Source: the human T2T-CHM13v2.0 reference genome, Homo sapiens. Taken from it: a stretch of 64,000 bases of DNA. The notes below the pieces were generated by a model, which saw nothing but the letters and a program-made list of their open reading frames with translations, was not told where the DNA came from and did not search any database. Shown here one piece after another: positions 37,183-50,165 of the stretch. The first letter of the stretch is position 1. Each line of letters begins with the position of its first letter. A program made the position numbers and the translations under genes. The stretch is taken from NCBI RefSeq assembly GCF_009914755.1, contig NC_060930.1. One strand, 5' to 3'.

Positions 37183-37981
37183 AAAGGTACCTTTCTCAAG
37201 CTACAAAATTATTCTCTGTGTATTTAAATTCTCCCATTTTAAGCAAAGAGCAGAAGTCCACAGCTCTCACTGCCTTTTGTAAAAGTCTAAACCCATGAGG
37301 AGATGATGTTGGGTGTCAGGAACAGGAGAGAGGAGCAGCACCTTAGAGAGAACACAGTGGGGTGAGGAAGGGGAAATATTCTTCTCAATCCTGAAGGGGA
37401 GAAAGTGTTTTCTGCAAACCTGTCCTTCACCCGCCTTCAAATCAGCACCAGGAGGATATGCCCCAGAGACAACGGAAAGGACTCCAGACACAGGGCTCCC
37501 AGTCCCAGTCAAGATTCCCTCACCCACAAGTGACAAAGAAGCATCAGAGCCACAGGACTTGAAGGGACCTTGTGGGCCAGGACAGTGGAGACTTCTGGTG
37601 TGGCAGATGATTAAAACTGAGTCAGCCACTCGTCCTTTGTCACTGTAAGACCTGGCACATTTGGTGTGGGGAAAGCCCCAGCAATGACTGAAAATGAATC
37701 CTGGGCCCCCATCTCAGCAAGATGAGGGGCCAGAAACCAAGTACAAGATATCTGAAAGAAAGTAAAGAAGGACAGCTTTCCTGCATATGGAGTTTGTGAG
37801 CTGAGAGTTGTAAGGACCACACAGCAAAAGGAAAGGACGAAGACTTGCTAAATGGGGATGGGAAGGAAAGAGAAATTATTACCCATAGCAGGTGGGTATA
37901 GTTACCTGGAAATTGAATTATTTTGGCCTAAGCATTATTAAATATTTCAAGGTGCTTAACTTTTCTTAAAAGCGGCCTTCA

Positions 37982-38120
37982 AGGCCAGGCACGGTGACTC
38001 ACACCTGAAATCCCAATGCTTTGGAAGGCTGAAGCAGGAAGATTGCTTGAGCCCAGGAGTTTGAGGCTGCAGTGAGCACCGCTGCACTCCGCCAGCCTTG
38101 GTGGTAGAGCAAGATCCTGT
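37982..38120 (+). mobile_element. Alu monomer split by the provirus; its tail resumes at 46439
   Basis: ...AGCAAGATCCTGT | provirus | CTGTCTCAAACAAAAA rebuilds the Alu 3' end. Confidence 0.85.
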
Positions 38121-38691
38121 TGTTGAGGTAAACTGAGGAAAGGAGAGGCCAATATGAGAGAAACAAGAGGATTGTTTATTTTTAAGTACGCATCAGCCCA
38201 GTAGATTCATATCCAAAAAGCTGAGCATTAAACAAAGACAGAGCGGGGTTTTTATAAGCGGACTTACAATAAATAAAACAAAAGCAGTTAATCATAGATA
38301 GGTCACATAATCTATAGCACAGCATAACTTGTGGCCTTGCATAGCCAGTGGCCTTGTAGCTGCATTGAAAGAAAAACATGAACTGGCTAAATAGAGACAT
38401 TTGTAAAACAGAATCATGCTTAAGAAGCCTGGGAAAGGAGTAACAGTAAAAGAATTTGTCTTTCTCCTTTTTTTTCCCTTCAAGCTTGCTCTGGAGAGGG
38501 GGCGTCTGGAGCCCATTCCTTTGGCCTTGGCTTCTTAAACAGTGTTATTTTATAATTGTCCTTGAAGTGAGCTTGCTGCGCTTTCCCCTGCTAGGCAGAG
38601 GAACACTTGTTCTTTTCTTTTTAACCCTTGCCTTTCCTGTTACTTTTCTTAGAGTGAATGAATGCATATTTATTTGTAAATGTCTGCCTCA
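38121..38691 (-). mobile_element. 3' LTR of the provirus (LTR4-like)
   Basis: Minus strand TGAGGCAG...CAACA; TATAAAAA starting at 38256; AATAAA at 38180-38175; purine-rich PPT-like tract just outside (~38697-38714). Confidence 0.85.
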
Positions 38692-39681
38692 GTTTACCCC
38701 CTTTGATGCCTTTTATAAAATAAGTTTAATAGAAGGCATTACTATTACTTAGCTCTGCCTGTAGAGACAAGTTTTCTTCTTTAGACAAAGGTTGATATTT
38801 ATGCATAGCCATTAGCTGACTGGTAGTTTGCCTAGCTATTATTGCCTCTATAGTTGATTGAGTGCTTCTACCAAGGAGAGGTAAGAGACAAAGGAGTATT
38901 AAGCAACTCCTAGTATGACCAGAACCACTCCTATTAAAGTCTTGAACCCTCCAAAAAAATGAAAACCAGCCTCCAAAGAATCTAGAGCCCACCCTTTCCA
39001 AGTTTGAACTGGAACATGGGCTAATCTTCTCATTCTTGCAGTTATTTCCATAATTGCCTTTCCATTGTCATCGATTTCCAGGCAGCAATATGTTAGATTG
39101 AACTTTCCACATGCTCCTCCTTCCCGGGCTAGGAGGTAGTCTAAAGCTAATCTGTTCTGATAGATAGTGTTCCTCATTTTTGTGGCTTGCTGGGCCAGAT
39201 GGGTCCGGGTTCTCTTTTTGATAACGTATACGAAGGTTGCTGGGTATGTGTGTACGTAGACATGTATGGGGTAACCTGCACTCCACGTGGGTAAGTCTGG
39301 CTTTAAAATAGTGAAATTTACAGGATTACAGGTTTTTGCTTCACAATCTGGTTTCATCGGCATTTTGGTAAGTATAATTGACCTTTGTTGTGTGCTAGGG
39401 TGCTATGATATGCAATACCGACAGTCTTTCTCTGGGGTCCCAGGGGAACAAAGTGGAGTTACTCTTGGCATGCATACTTATTTGTAGTTATTTCTATAGT
39501 ATCTTTCCAAAGGTAAGTTTCCACAGACGGGTGAGTCTTGGTATGCTACCTGACAAGCATCAAAATACAGAGAAATAGGCCCTCAGTAAAAGGGAGGCAC
39601 CCTGGTTTGGTTTAAGAGGGGACCTTCTTTTGACCCTGCACGAATTTCAAACCATTCACCAATTGAAAACTTGGGGTCAGT

Positions 39682-40465
39682 CATTTATGCAGCCAACAGA
39701 CACATGAAAAAATGCTCATCATCACTGGTCACCAGAAAATGCAAATCAAAACCACAATGAGATACCATCTCACACCAGTTAGAATGGCAATCATTAAAAA
39801 GTCAGGAAACAACAGGTGCTGGACAGGATGTGGAGAAATAGGAACACTTTTACACTGTTGGTGGGAGTCTAAACTAGTTCAACCACTGTGGAAGATAGTG
39901 TGGCGATTCCTCAAGGATCTAGAACTAGAAATACCATTTGACCCAGCAATCCCATTACTGGGTATATACCCAAAGGATTATAAATCATGCTACTATAAAG
40001 ACACATGCACACATATGTTTATTGCTGCACTACTCGTAATAGCAAAGACTTGGAACCAACCCAAATGTCCATCAATGATACACTGGATTAACAAAATGTG
40101 GCACATATACACCATGGAATACTATGCAGCCATGAAAAAGGATGAGTCCATCTCCTTTCTAACAACATGGATGAAGCTGGAAACCATCATTCTGAGCAAA
40201 CTATTTCAAGGACAGATAAACACTGCATGTTCTCACTCATAGGTGGGAATTCAATGGGAAAACTTGGGACAGAGCAGGGAACATCACTGACCAGGGCCTG
40301 TCGTGGGGTGGGGGGCAGGGGGGAGGGATAGTATTAAGGGAAATACCTAATGTCAATGACGAGTTAATGGGTACAGCACACCAACATGGCACATATATAT
40401 ATATACCTGTGTGACAAACCTGCACATTGTGCACATGTACTCTAGAACTTATAATAAAAAGAAAA
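39682..40465 (+). mobile_element. L1PA 5'-truncated insertion (ORF2 C-terminus plus 3' UTR) inside env
   Basis: [37 protein letters not shown]2p C-terminus; degraded TSD GAAAACTT..TCA. Confidence 0.93.
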
Positions 40466-40644
40466 CTTTAAGATCATAAGGTTGGTTATTTCCTGGGTCA
40501 CAAATTGAGTACGTGGTCTGATTATAAACACAAGTTCCTAAGCAAGTCCCTGTACACCAATAATTATGGTACAACAGCGTTCTGGTTATACTGTTCCCAG
40601 ACGAAGTAGTATGTGTACAGTGGGGACACCCTTCTGTGGGTGCT

Positions 40645-42076
40645 TGAGTCTACAATTGGTGGGTTTTATGGTCTCACTGACTTCAAGAACAAAGCCGCTG
40701 ACCCTTGTAGTGAGGGTTAGAGTTCTTAAAGGATGCATATCTGGAGTTTGTTCCTTCTGACACTTGGATGTGTTCAGTTTCTTCCTTCTGGTGGGGTTCG
40801 TGGTCTCGCTGGCTCAGGAGGTAAGCTGCAAACCTTCGCGGTGAATGTTACGGCTCTTAAGGCACGGCATCTGGAGCTATTCACTCCTCCCAGAGAGTTC
40901 ATGGTCTTGCTGGTTTCAGGAATGAAACTGCAGACCTTCACAAATGAGGGTCACAGCTCATACAGGCAGTGTACACCCAAAGAGTGAGCAGCAACAAGAC
41001 TTACTGCAAAACACAAAAGAACAAATATTCCACAATATTAAAGGCAAGCGCAGCAGGTTGCTATTGCTGGCTCGGGCAGCCTGCTTTTATTCTCTTATCT
41101 GGCCCCACCCACTTCCTGCTGATTGGTCCATTTTACAGAGAGCCAAGTGGTCTGTTTTGACAGGGTGCTGATTGGTGCGTTTACAATCCCTGAGCTAGAC
41201 ATAAAGGTTCTCCATGTCCCCACTAGATAAGCTAGATACAGAGTGTCAATTGGTGCATTCACAAACCCTGAGCCAGACACAGGGTGCTGATTGGTGTGTT
41301 TACAAACCTTGAGCTAGATACAGAGTGCTGATTGGTGTATTTACAATCCCTTAGCTAGACATAAAGGTTCTCCAAGTCCCCACTAATCAGGAGCCCAGCT
41401 GGCTTTACCCAGAGCATCCCGCACTGGGGCTGCAGGTGGAGCTGCCTGCCAGTCCCATGCCATGCGCGCCGACACTCCTAAGCCTTTGGGTGGTCAATGG
41501 AACTGGGCGCCGTGTAGCAGAGGGCGGCACTCTTCGGGGAGGCTTGGACAGCACAGGAGCCCACGGAAGGGGGTGGGGAGGCTCAGGCATGGTGGGCTGC
41601 AGGTCCCCAGCCCAGCCCAGCCCCGCCCCGCCCCGCCCCGCCCTGCGGGGAGGCAGTAAAGGCCCGGCCAGAAATCGAGCGCAGCGCCGGTGGGCCGGCA
41701 CTGCTGGGGGACCCAGCCCACTCTCCGCAGCTGCTGGCCCAGGTGCTAAGCCCCTCATTGCCCCGGGCTGGCAGCCGGCCAGGCGCTCCGAGTGCGGGGC
41801 CCGCCATGCCCACAGCCACCCGGAACTCGTGCTGGCCCGCAAGCACCGCGCGCAGCCCGGGTTCCGCCCGCGTCTCTTTCTCCACACCTCCCTGCAAGCT
41901 GAGGGAGCTGGCTCCGGCCTCTGCTAGCCCAGGAAGGGGCTCCCACAGTGCAGCGGCGGGCTGAAGGGTTCCTCAAGTGCCGCCAAAGTGGGAGCCCAGG
42001 CAGAGGAAGCGCCGAGAGTGAGCGAAGGCTGTGAGGGCTGCTAGTACCACAGCTGCCAGCATGCTGTCACCTCTCA
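40645..42076 (-). mobile_element. ERV9/LTR12 solo LTR inserted in the 5' part of env
   Basis: Termini TGAGTCTACAATTGGTGGG / CTGTCACCTCTCA; CCAAT tandem repeats; env reading resumes on both sides; TSD degraded (CTTC). Confidence 0.92.
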
Positions 42077-42299
42077 CTTCTAGCATGGTTAAGGGGGGTA
42101 ACAACAACAAAACAATGCACAGCATATTCATATCCAGCAAGGACAAAAGAGGTCCTTACCTGGGGAAGGAGGTTGAGCACAGCAACAAAACAATAGTAAA
42201 ACAGTATTACAGGAAAGCTTCTAGTCCTAAGATTTCTAGCTACATTTATTTGCTTGACGAATCAAGCTTCAGTCCTGCATAGACTAGTCAGCTTCTGGT

Positions 42300-43426
42300 G
42301 TGTGACTAGAGCAAGGATTGTTGTTTCCTCAAGCTTCAGCCATGCATAGACTGGTCAGCCTCCGGAGTGAGCAGAGCAGGGCTGTCGTCCTCAGCAGCAA
42401 CTCTGTCTTGTCGCAGGATCAGCCGGGTCAAATGGTCTGGGTTCTGCTGACTGGTTTACTTGTACCTGAGCTGCCAGTTTCAGCCAACTGTGGTGGATCC
42501 AAGGCATAACACCTGCAACTTTAACAGCAGTAGGAGTGAACAAGATTACCGTATGGGGCCCATCCCACATGGGTCTTAGGAAGTTGGGTTCTACTTTTTA
42601 ACTTAAACAACAGAATCTCTAGGTTTAAATGGGTGTCAGGTTTATAGGCATTTTTTCATGTACCTAATTATGAACACTTCGCATGGCTATTTCTAAAGCC
42701 TGCATTTGTTTTCTTAAAGTTAATCCCCTAGTTCCTGGAGATCACCTTTAATTTGACCTATGGTTTTGGGGTGGCCAACTGAACAAAATCTTATAGGGCA
42801 AATACCCAGTTTGTTTGGTGGGGGTGCACCTGACTCAGAGGAGGACCACAGGCAAAACCTGATCCTATCTCAGATGAGGTTCCTGGCAATATTTCTTCAG
42901 TAGCTGCTTGAGTGTCCAGTTCATGCGTTCCACTTTTCCTGAATTTTGCGGCCGAAGGCTGTGTGTAGCTTCCATTTTATTTTCAACAGTTTTGTTAAAT
43001 CTTGCACTATTTCAGCTACAAATGCCGACCCATTGTCTGACTTTAAAGTTAGAGGCAGTCCAAACCTGAGGGTAATGTCTCTTAACAGTACTTTAGTCAC
43101 TTCTCGTGCTTTTTCTGTCCTGGTGGGGGAGGCCTCAATCCATCCTGAAAAAGGTGCAAATAAACACTAGCATATACCAATAGCCTCTGGCGTGAGGCAT
43201 TTCGGTAAAGTTTATAAGCAAGTCTCACAAGGAATGAAGGCATGGCTCCTTCTCCTGTTCAGTTTCCCAGAGAAGGGATTCTTGTTCTCCCCACCTTTGT
43301 AACTTTATATAGTGGCGTAGCCATCAGTGAGAAACTTGGAATCCAGATACACAGAATCCTGCTGCCTTCAACTTCTAATGTGACCATGGGCTCCTGGAGA
43401 CCTGATGAAAAGGAGCCCGGTTTGTC
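42300..43426 (-). pseudogene. ERV pro/pol remnants (start of protease, short RT 3' piece, integrase) with two large deletions
   Basis: QEPMVTLEV after the gag stop; FCVSGF/ATPLYKVTK RT-like piece; integrase-like TLKSDNGSAFVAEIV and QNSGKVERMN. Confidence 0.8.
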
Positions 43427-45320
43427 CTAGTCCTCACATCCTTCAGCTCCTGCCAGCCCGAGCAGATGAGCATCTGGTCTTTCTAAGGTGTGGCAGCCCT
43501 TGGCCGATGACTTCTTTATACCACAGCTTTACCACTCTCTTTATTACCTTCTGGACATTTATCCTTCCAGGGTCCTTTCTTTTTCCGTCTCACACATTGA
43601 TCTCTTTCTAGCCTTGTCGGGCTCTCAAATCCCTGCCTAACTTGACCCCTTCCACGTCCACATCCTTGTCCACGTCCTCTCACATTGCTAATCTCTTTTT
43701 CTATAAAGACTGCTGCCAACAGATCCGCATTTTTCTTAAGTCTTTGCTCTGCTTTCTTTTTCCTTCCTGAGTTCTGCTCCTACGGCTGGCAGGGCCAGGC
43801 ACACGGGCTCTGCCCCCACGCACGCACTGCCATCGGTCTTTTCTGTTTCTTTCCAATTTTCCTTTTTACTTTCTTCTTTCCTTTTTCACACTTACTCTTA
43901 CTTTCTCCCTTCCTTCTCCTTTGCTCTGCTCCCATGCGGGTCCCTGCCTCCCTCTTTTTCCAGATAGAGCTGGGCTGGGGAAAGGGACTTAACCCTTAGC
44001 GTGCCTGGCTGCCTGGTGCCGTGCTTGTTGCTTTCGCTCTTTCCCATTTGTTCCCTGGTCACGGTTAACATACACCTTGGTGGCCACTTTTATAAGCTGG
44101 GTGGCATTCATGCCTGAAGTTTCCGCTTGATGTCACCCTGGGCTTGCCCTACAAATGCTGTGTTTACCATGTGCTGATTTTCAGCAGCCTCAGGGTCAAA
44201 TGGGGTGTAAAACCAGGATGCTTCACAAAGTCTCTGATAAAAGTGACTTAGGCTCTTGTCAGCTCCCTGAAGCACTTCTGAAATCTTCCTTATATTAATT
44301 GCTTTCTTTTTATTAGCTCTTATCCCCTGCAAAAGCGACCTTTTGGTACCTCTGCAAACGCTGAAGCTGAGTTGCATCCTCCGGGTCCCCCCTGGGGTCT
44401 TGGTCTGGGAGCTGACCCTGAGCGTATGCCTGAGCATTCACTGTGTCTTCTGGTGCCTGGGCTTCCAGCCAGAGGCGAGCTGCCTGTGTTACTCTCCTGC
44501 ACTCCTCAGTGTTAAATAATGTGAGGAGGAGCTGCCTGCAGTCTGGCCAGGTTGGATTGTGTGTCAGAAAGATGGATTGCCTCAGATCTATAAGAGCTTG
44601 GGGCTTCTCCATGTAGGAGGGAGTATGGTGTTTCCAGTTTAAAAGATCAGTGGTTGAAAAGGCTGGTAGACCAAAGTCTGTCGGCCCCCTGGACCTGGCT
44701 TTGGTCATCATAATAAATGGGTTCTCGTGTCTCCCTGAGAGGCATTTGCATAGCTCAAGCATGGCGAGATCTGAGATGACCTGCTTGACTATCTTGACTT
44801 CCTTCCCTGATCTCTCGAGGCTCCGATTCTCCCCTTTGGGGTGAAACTTGGGGCGTGCTAGCTCCTGAATCTGGTTCCTGGAGGGCTGTTAGCCTCGGTA
44901 AAGGGGGGTAGCCTGGGACATATGGAGAAAGAATCTCTGTTCCTTCTGGTAGCTCCTGCAAAACTGGCTTCTCTCGCTTTCTCTGGGACTTCCCTTTAAC
45001 TCTGTGTCTGCCAGTGAAGCTGCTAAATAGGGCTGGATCCAGGCCGGTCTTGTCTGTGCTATATTTAACCATAAATCAATTTAAGGAAATTTGGGTACCC
45101 TGGCTGTCCTCCAACCCCTGTCACCACCTTAAATGCATGGCCAGTTATTCCTATCTATAGTTCTTTTGGTCAGCCATCCCACACTAAAAGGCCATTTTAA
45201 TTCACAGAGAGTTCCCAACCTTTAGGGGGTTAGCTTAACTCCATAATCCCTTGCAAAACCTTTCTTAAAGTTTTGTAACGTGCACTCCAATGGAGTAAGT
45301 TTTGATGACTTTCCTCCTAT
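43427..45320 (-). pseudogene. ERV gag pseudogene
   Basis: (M>I)GGKSSKLTPLECTLQNFKKGF; FSTTDLLNWKHHTPSY; THNPTWPDCRQLL; QGADKSLSHFYQRLCEA (MHR-like); degenerate zinc knuckle CVRRKKKGPWKDKC; TAG at 43429-43427. Confidence 0.88.
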
Positions 45321-45644
45321 CCTCCCTTTACGACGCCGCACAATCACTCTCGCACACTCACTCTTCCTCTCGTTTCGGCCGACTATACTGTCTCTTATTA
45401 TGGGAGTTTTCAGATGCTGCTTGGCTTTGGAGAGTTCTTTATTTCTACTACAACTCTGAGCTGTAGGGCAGCTCCTATTAGCCATATGCAGATCGCCACT
45501 AGTCTTAGTTGACCCTACACTTTCTCAGAGCATATAGTCCATGCTAAGAGATCTGTGACTCCCAGCTTCGTGGCTGATTAGTCTAATTAGGCTCCTCCAT
45601 TCACACATTTTCACACACTTTCCCACTCCCAGTTCCCGTGTTCA

Positions 45645-45870
45645 TAACTGGGGTGGCGTGCCTCTCTTGCCCCCTCTAGTTTCCCAGTTGGGGTGGTGAG
45701 CCACTCTCGCCACCTCCAGTTTCCTAGCTGACTTAGCGAGCCACTCTGGCCACTTCCAGTTTCCTAGCTGACTTGGCGAGCCACTCTCGCCACCTCCAGT
45801 TTCCTAGTTGGGGTGGCAGGCCACTCTCACCACCTCCAGTTTCCTAGCAGACTTAGCGAGCCACTCCTGT
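45645..45870. repeat. ~39-bp tandem repeat in the proviral leader (about 5 copies)
   Basis: GAGCCACTCTCGCCACCTCCAGTTTCCTAG unit repeated. Confidence 0.85.
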
Positions 45871-46237
45871 GTCCTGTGTCAGCTAGGGTGTGAGTTTCAT
45901 CCAAATTGACGAGCCACTCCAGGTGCCCCCAGCCCCTCTGAGTTGGACTATTCAGCCCACCCCAGGAGGTGATCAGGCTCCCCTTCCATCCCATTGGGAC
46001 AGGTCCTGCCTTGGGCCCTAAAACCTTACTGCAGTTTCTGACGCATGCTATTTCTGAAATCGTCCTGTAGCCCTTCTTTAGGTTTCGTTGTGCTGCTGTG
46101 TAGGGGCACTGGGTCACGAGAGAGCTAATCTTCCCTCCGGGCTGAAGTTCTCCTGGCAGCGCCTGAGGTCACAGGTTTTCCGAGGCCCAGGGCTCCAACC
46201 CCTAGAGGCAAAGGAGACAGTAAGCCTGCCATCTCCC

Positions 46238-46255
46238 GTCCCTTCGTGGTCGCCA
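46238..46255 (-). other. Primer-binding site (tRNA-Arg type)
   Basis: Minus strand TGGCGACCACGAAGGGAC, 4 nt after the U5 CA end. Confidence 0.85.
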
Positions 46256-46259
46256 AAAA

Positions 46260-46434
46260 TGTTGCAGGAAACTGAGGACCGGAGAGACTGATATGGAAAA
46301 CAGGAGGATTGTTTATTTTAGGTACGCACTGGCTCAGCTTTTTGGATATAAGTCCACTGAGCCAGTGTGTACCTAAAATAAACAATCCTCCTGTTCTCCA
46401 TATCAGTCTCTCCGGTCCTCAGTTTCCCACAACA
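46260..46434. repeat. Inverted repeat (78-bp arms, 19-nt loop) replacing the 5' LTR
   Basis: 46260-46337 is the reverse complement of 46357-46434 with 4 mismatches. Confidence 0.95.
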
Positions 46435-46453
46435 CTGTCTCAAACAAAAACAA

Positions 46454-46775
46454 GGCCAGGCACAGTGGCACTTGCCTATAATCACAGCACTTTGGGAGGC
46501 CAAGGCGGGTGGATCATCTGAGATCTAGAGTTCAAGACCAGTCTGGTCAACGTGGTGAAACCCTGTCTCTATTAAAAATACAAAAATTAGCCGGGCGTGG
46601 TGGTGCACGCCTGTAGTTCCAGCTACTCGGGAGGCTGAGGCGAAGAATCGCTTGAACCCAGGAGGCAGAGGTTGCAGTGAGCCTAGATCACGCCACTGCA
46701 CTCCAGCCTGGGTGACAGAGCAAGACTCCGTCTGAAAACAAAACAAAAAAAATGAAAACAAACAAACAAAAAAAG
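46454..46775 (+). mobile_element. Alu (AluS-like)
   Basis: Full dimer. Confidence 0.9.
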
Positions 46776-47679
46776 TGCTTTTCACAGGAGGGATTATGAG
46801 AAAATCAAGAAAAAGCTTTTTTTTTTTTTTTTTTTTTAAGGCTGGTTAAGTGAAGGAGCGGTACTGGAGAAGGAACAAAGAAATCTGTAACTGGCCGTGA
46901 TAAATTAGTTGTAAACACCACTGCAAGGAAAAGCCATGCTACATTCTTCTGTCAGTTAAAACTCAATGTCTGGGCTGGAAACACAATTGAATTAAGAAGT
47001 GGAGGCTCCATCTCAGTGAAAAATGTGGAAAACAGCATTTTTAATAAACTACCCAACACCAGATTAACTGGATTAAGGGAAGACTCTACGGGAATTTTAA
47101 TGTGGAGATTATTTTCTTCCCTTCTGCCTTATTTCTGACACAGAAGATTTTAATTAAAAGAAAGATCACCGGGATGGTAATGAGATGATTATGCCAGACT
47201 AATTTTGACTCATAATAACAACCTTAATAATAATACCATCACAGGTTTTAATCTCTAATGTTATTTTAAAAATAGAATCATATCCTGAAGGCAAACCCCC
47301 TCCTTTTGGTGTTGGATTTAGTAGTCTAAATTCCATTATGATGATACTGACTTGTCTATTTCAATAAGTGAAACAAACATATACATAGACACACACACAT
47401 TTTCCTGCCCCAAGAGACAAGCAAATTGAATTTATATCTACTTTCTCTGCAAAAATTGAGCTGGAAAAGCGAGGCATTATTCTCAGTGTGTATTGTCCAT
47501 CAGGGATGGCAAATTTAAACAACTGTTTATGTGCCAGGAGGGTCGAGTCAGGTTTATGCATTAGAGATCACCCATCCACCCCATCTAAAGAGACAACATT
47601 GATTCACTCTAGCAGATGGCAGACCTCTGAGGGGATGAACACCCTGCTAGGCCTCCCAGTTTTTAAAAGTAAGCTGGCT

Positions 47680-47904
47680 GGCCAGGTGCGGAGGCTCACA
47701 CCTGTAATCCCAGCACTTTGGGAGGCCGAGGCAGGCGGATCACGAGGTCAAGAGATCAAGACCATCCTGGCCAACATGGTGAAACCCCGTCTCTACTAAA
47801 AATACAAAAATTAGCCGGGCATGGTGGAGCACACCTGTAGTTCCAGCTACTCCAGAGGCTGAGGCAGGAAAATCATTTGAGCCCGAGAGGTGGAGGTTGT
47901 AGTG
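47680..47904 (+). mobile_element. Alu, 3'-truncated
   Basis: Stops at GGAGGTTGTAGTG with no tail. Confidence 0.88.
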
Positions 47905-47939
47905 TAGGTTGTCTATTCATGCCCTTAGCCCACTTTTTG

Positions 47940-49560
<1,621 letters not shown>

Positions 49561-49689
49561 CTTATCCCTTAATATTAAATACTATAATTCTGAATTATCA
49601 AAAAGCCTTTAATACTTAACTTTATTTCTGGGTTTTGAGAGATACTTATTTACTAAAAATAAACCATTTTATCACTTCACATAATTTTA

Positions 49690-49950
49690 GTTCACTGGTT
49701 AATTCTATTAAATATTTAAAGAACTAATCCCAAGCCTACACAAGCTCTTTCAGAAAACAGAGCGTGGAACATTTCCCAACTAATTCTATGAGGCCACTAT
49801 TACCCTGATAAAGGCATCAAAAGAAAAGAAAACTACAGAGTAATGTCCCTTATAAGCTCAGATGCACAAATCCTTAACAAAATATTAGCAAATAGGATCC
49901 ATCAATACAAAAAAGGATTATGCACTGTGACCAAGTGGAATTTATCCCAC
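49690..49950 (+). mobile_element. L1M ORF2 (RT region) fragment
   Basis: TTCTATGAGGCCACTATTACCCTGATA, GATGCACAAATCCTTAACAAAATATTAGCAAAT. Confidence 0.7.
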
Positions 49951-50165
49951 GTAATTTTGGAGGTTATCTTCCCATGTAATTTTGGGGATAACCCTCCCCT
50001 CCCATAATAAAATGTTAATAAATTGAACTCTGGATATCACTTATGGCTTTGTCTAGACAGTGAAAACTTTAACATAAAGTCATTGTACTGATGGGAAACT
50101 ATTATTGTTGTATTAGAGTAATGAGAAGCAGAGGATGTTGAAAGGAGTCTCAGTTGGTGTGGGAG

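Larger units (their letters stand above)
38726..42135 (-). pseudogene. ERV env pseudogene, interrupted by L1 and LTR12, with internal deletion
   Basis: [15 protein letters not shown] and CX6CC ([10 protein letters not shown]) in ORF 38899-39363; signal-peptide-like N-terminus at ~42077-42135; frameshift before the TM anchor. Confidence 0.88.
38121..46434 (-). mobile_element. Defective ERV3/HERV3-like (class I) provirus
   Basis: TSD CTGT at 38117-38120 and 46435-46438; PBS, gag, pol fragments, env, PPT and 3' LTR in proviral order; env N-terminus [28 protein letters not shown] resembles ERV3 Env. Confidence 0.9.

Noticed and set aside
37441-37462. REST/RE1-like motif TCAGCACC..GGATA
   Set aside because: Only the left half-site matches well; spacing and right half are non-canonical
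39712-40242. 176-aa ORF as a gene
   Set aside because: C-terminal fragment of L1 ORF2p in a 5'-truncated insertion
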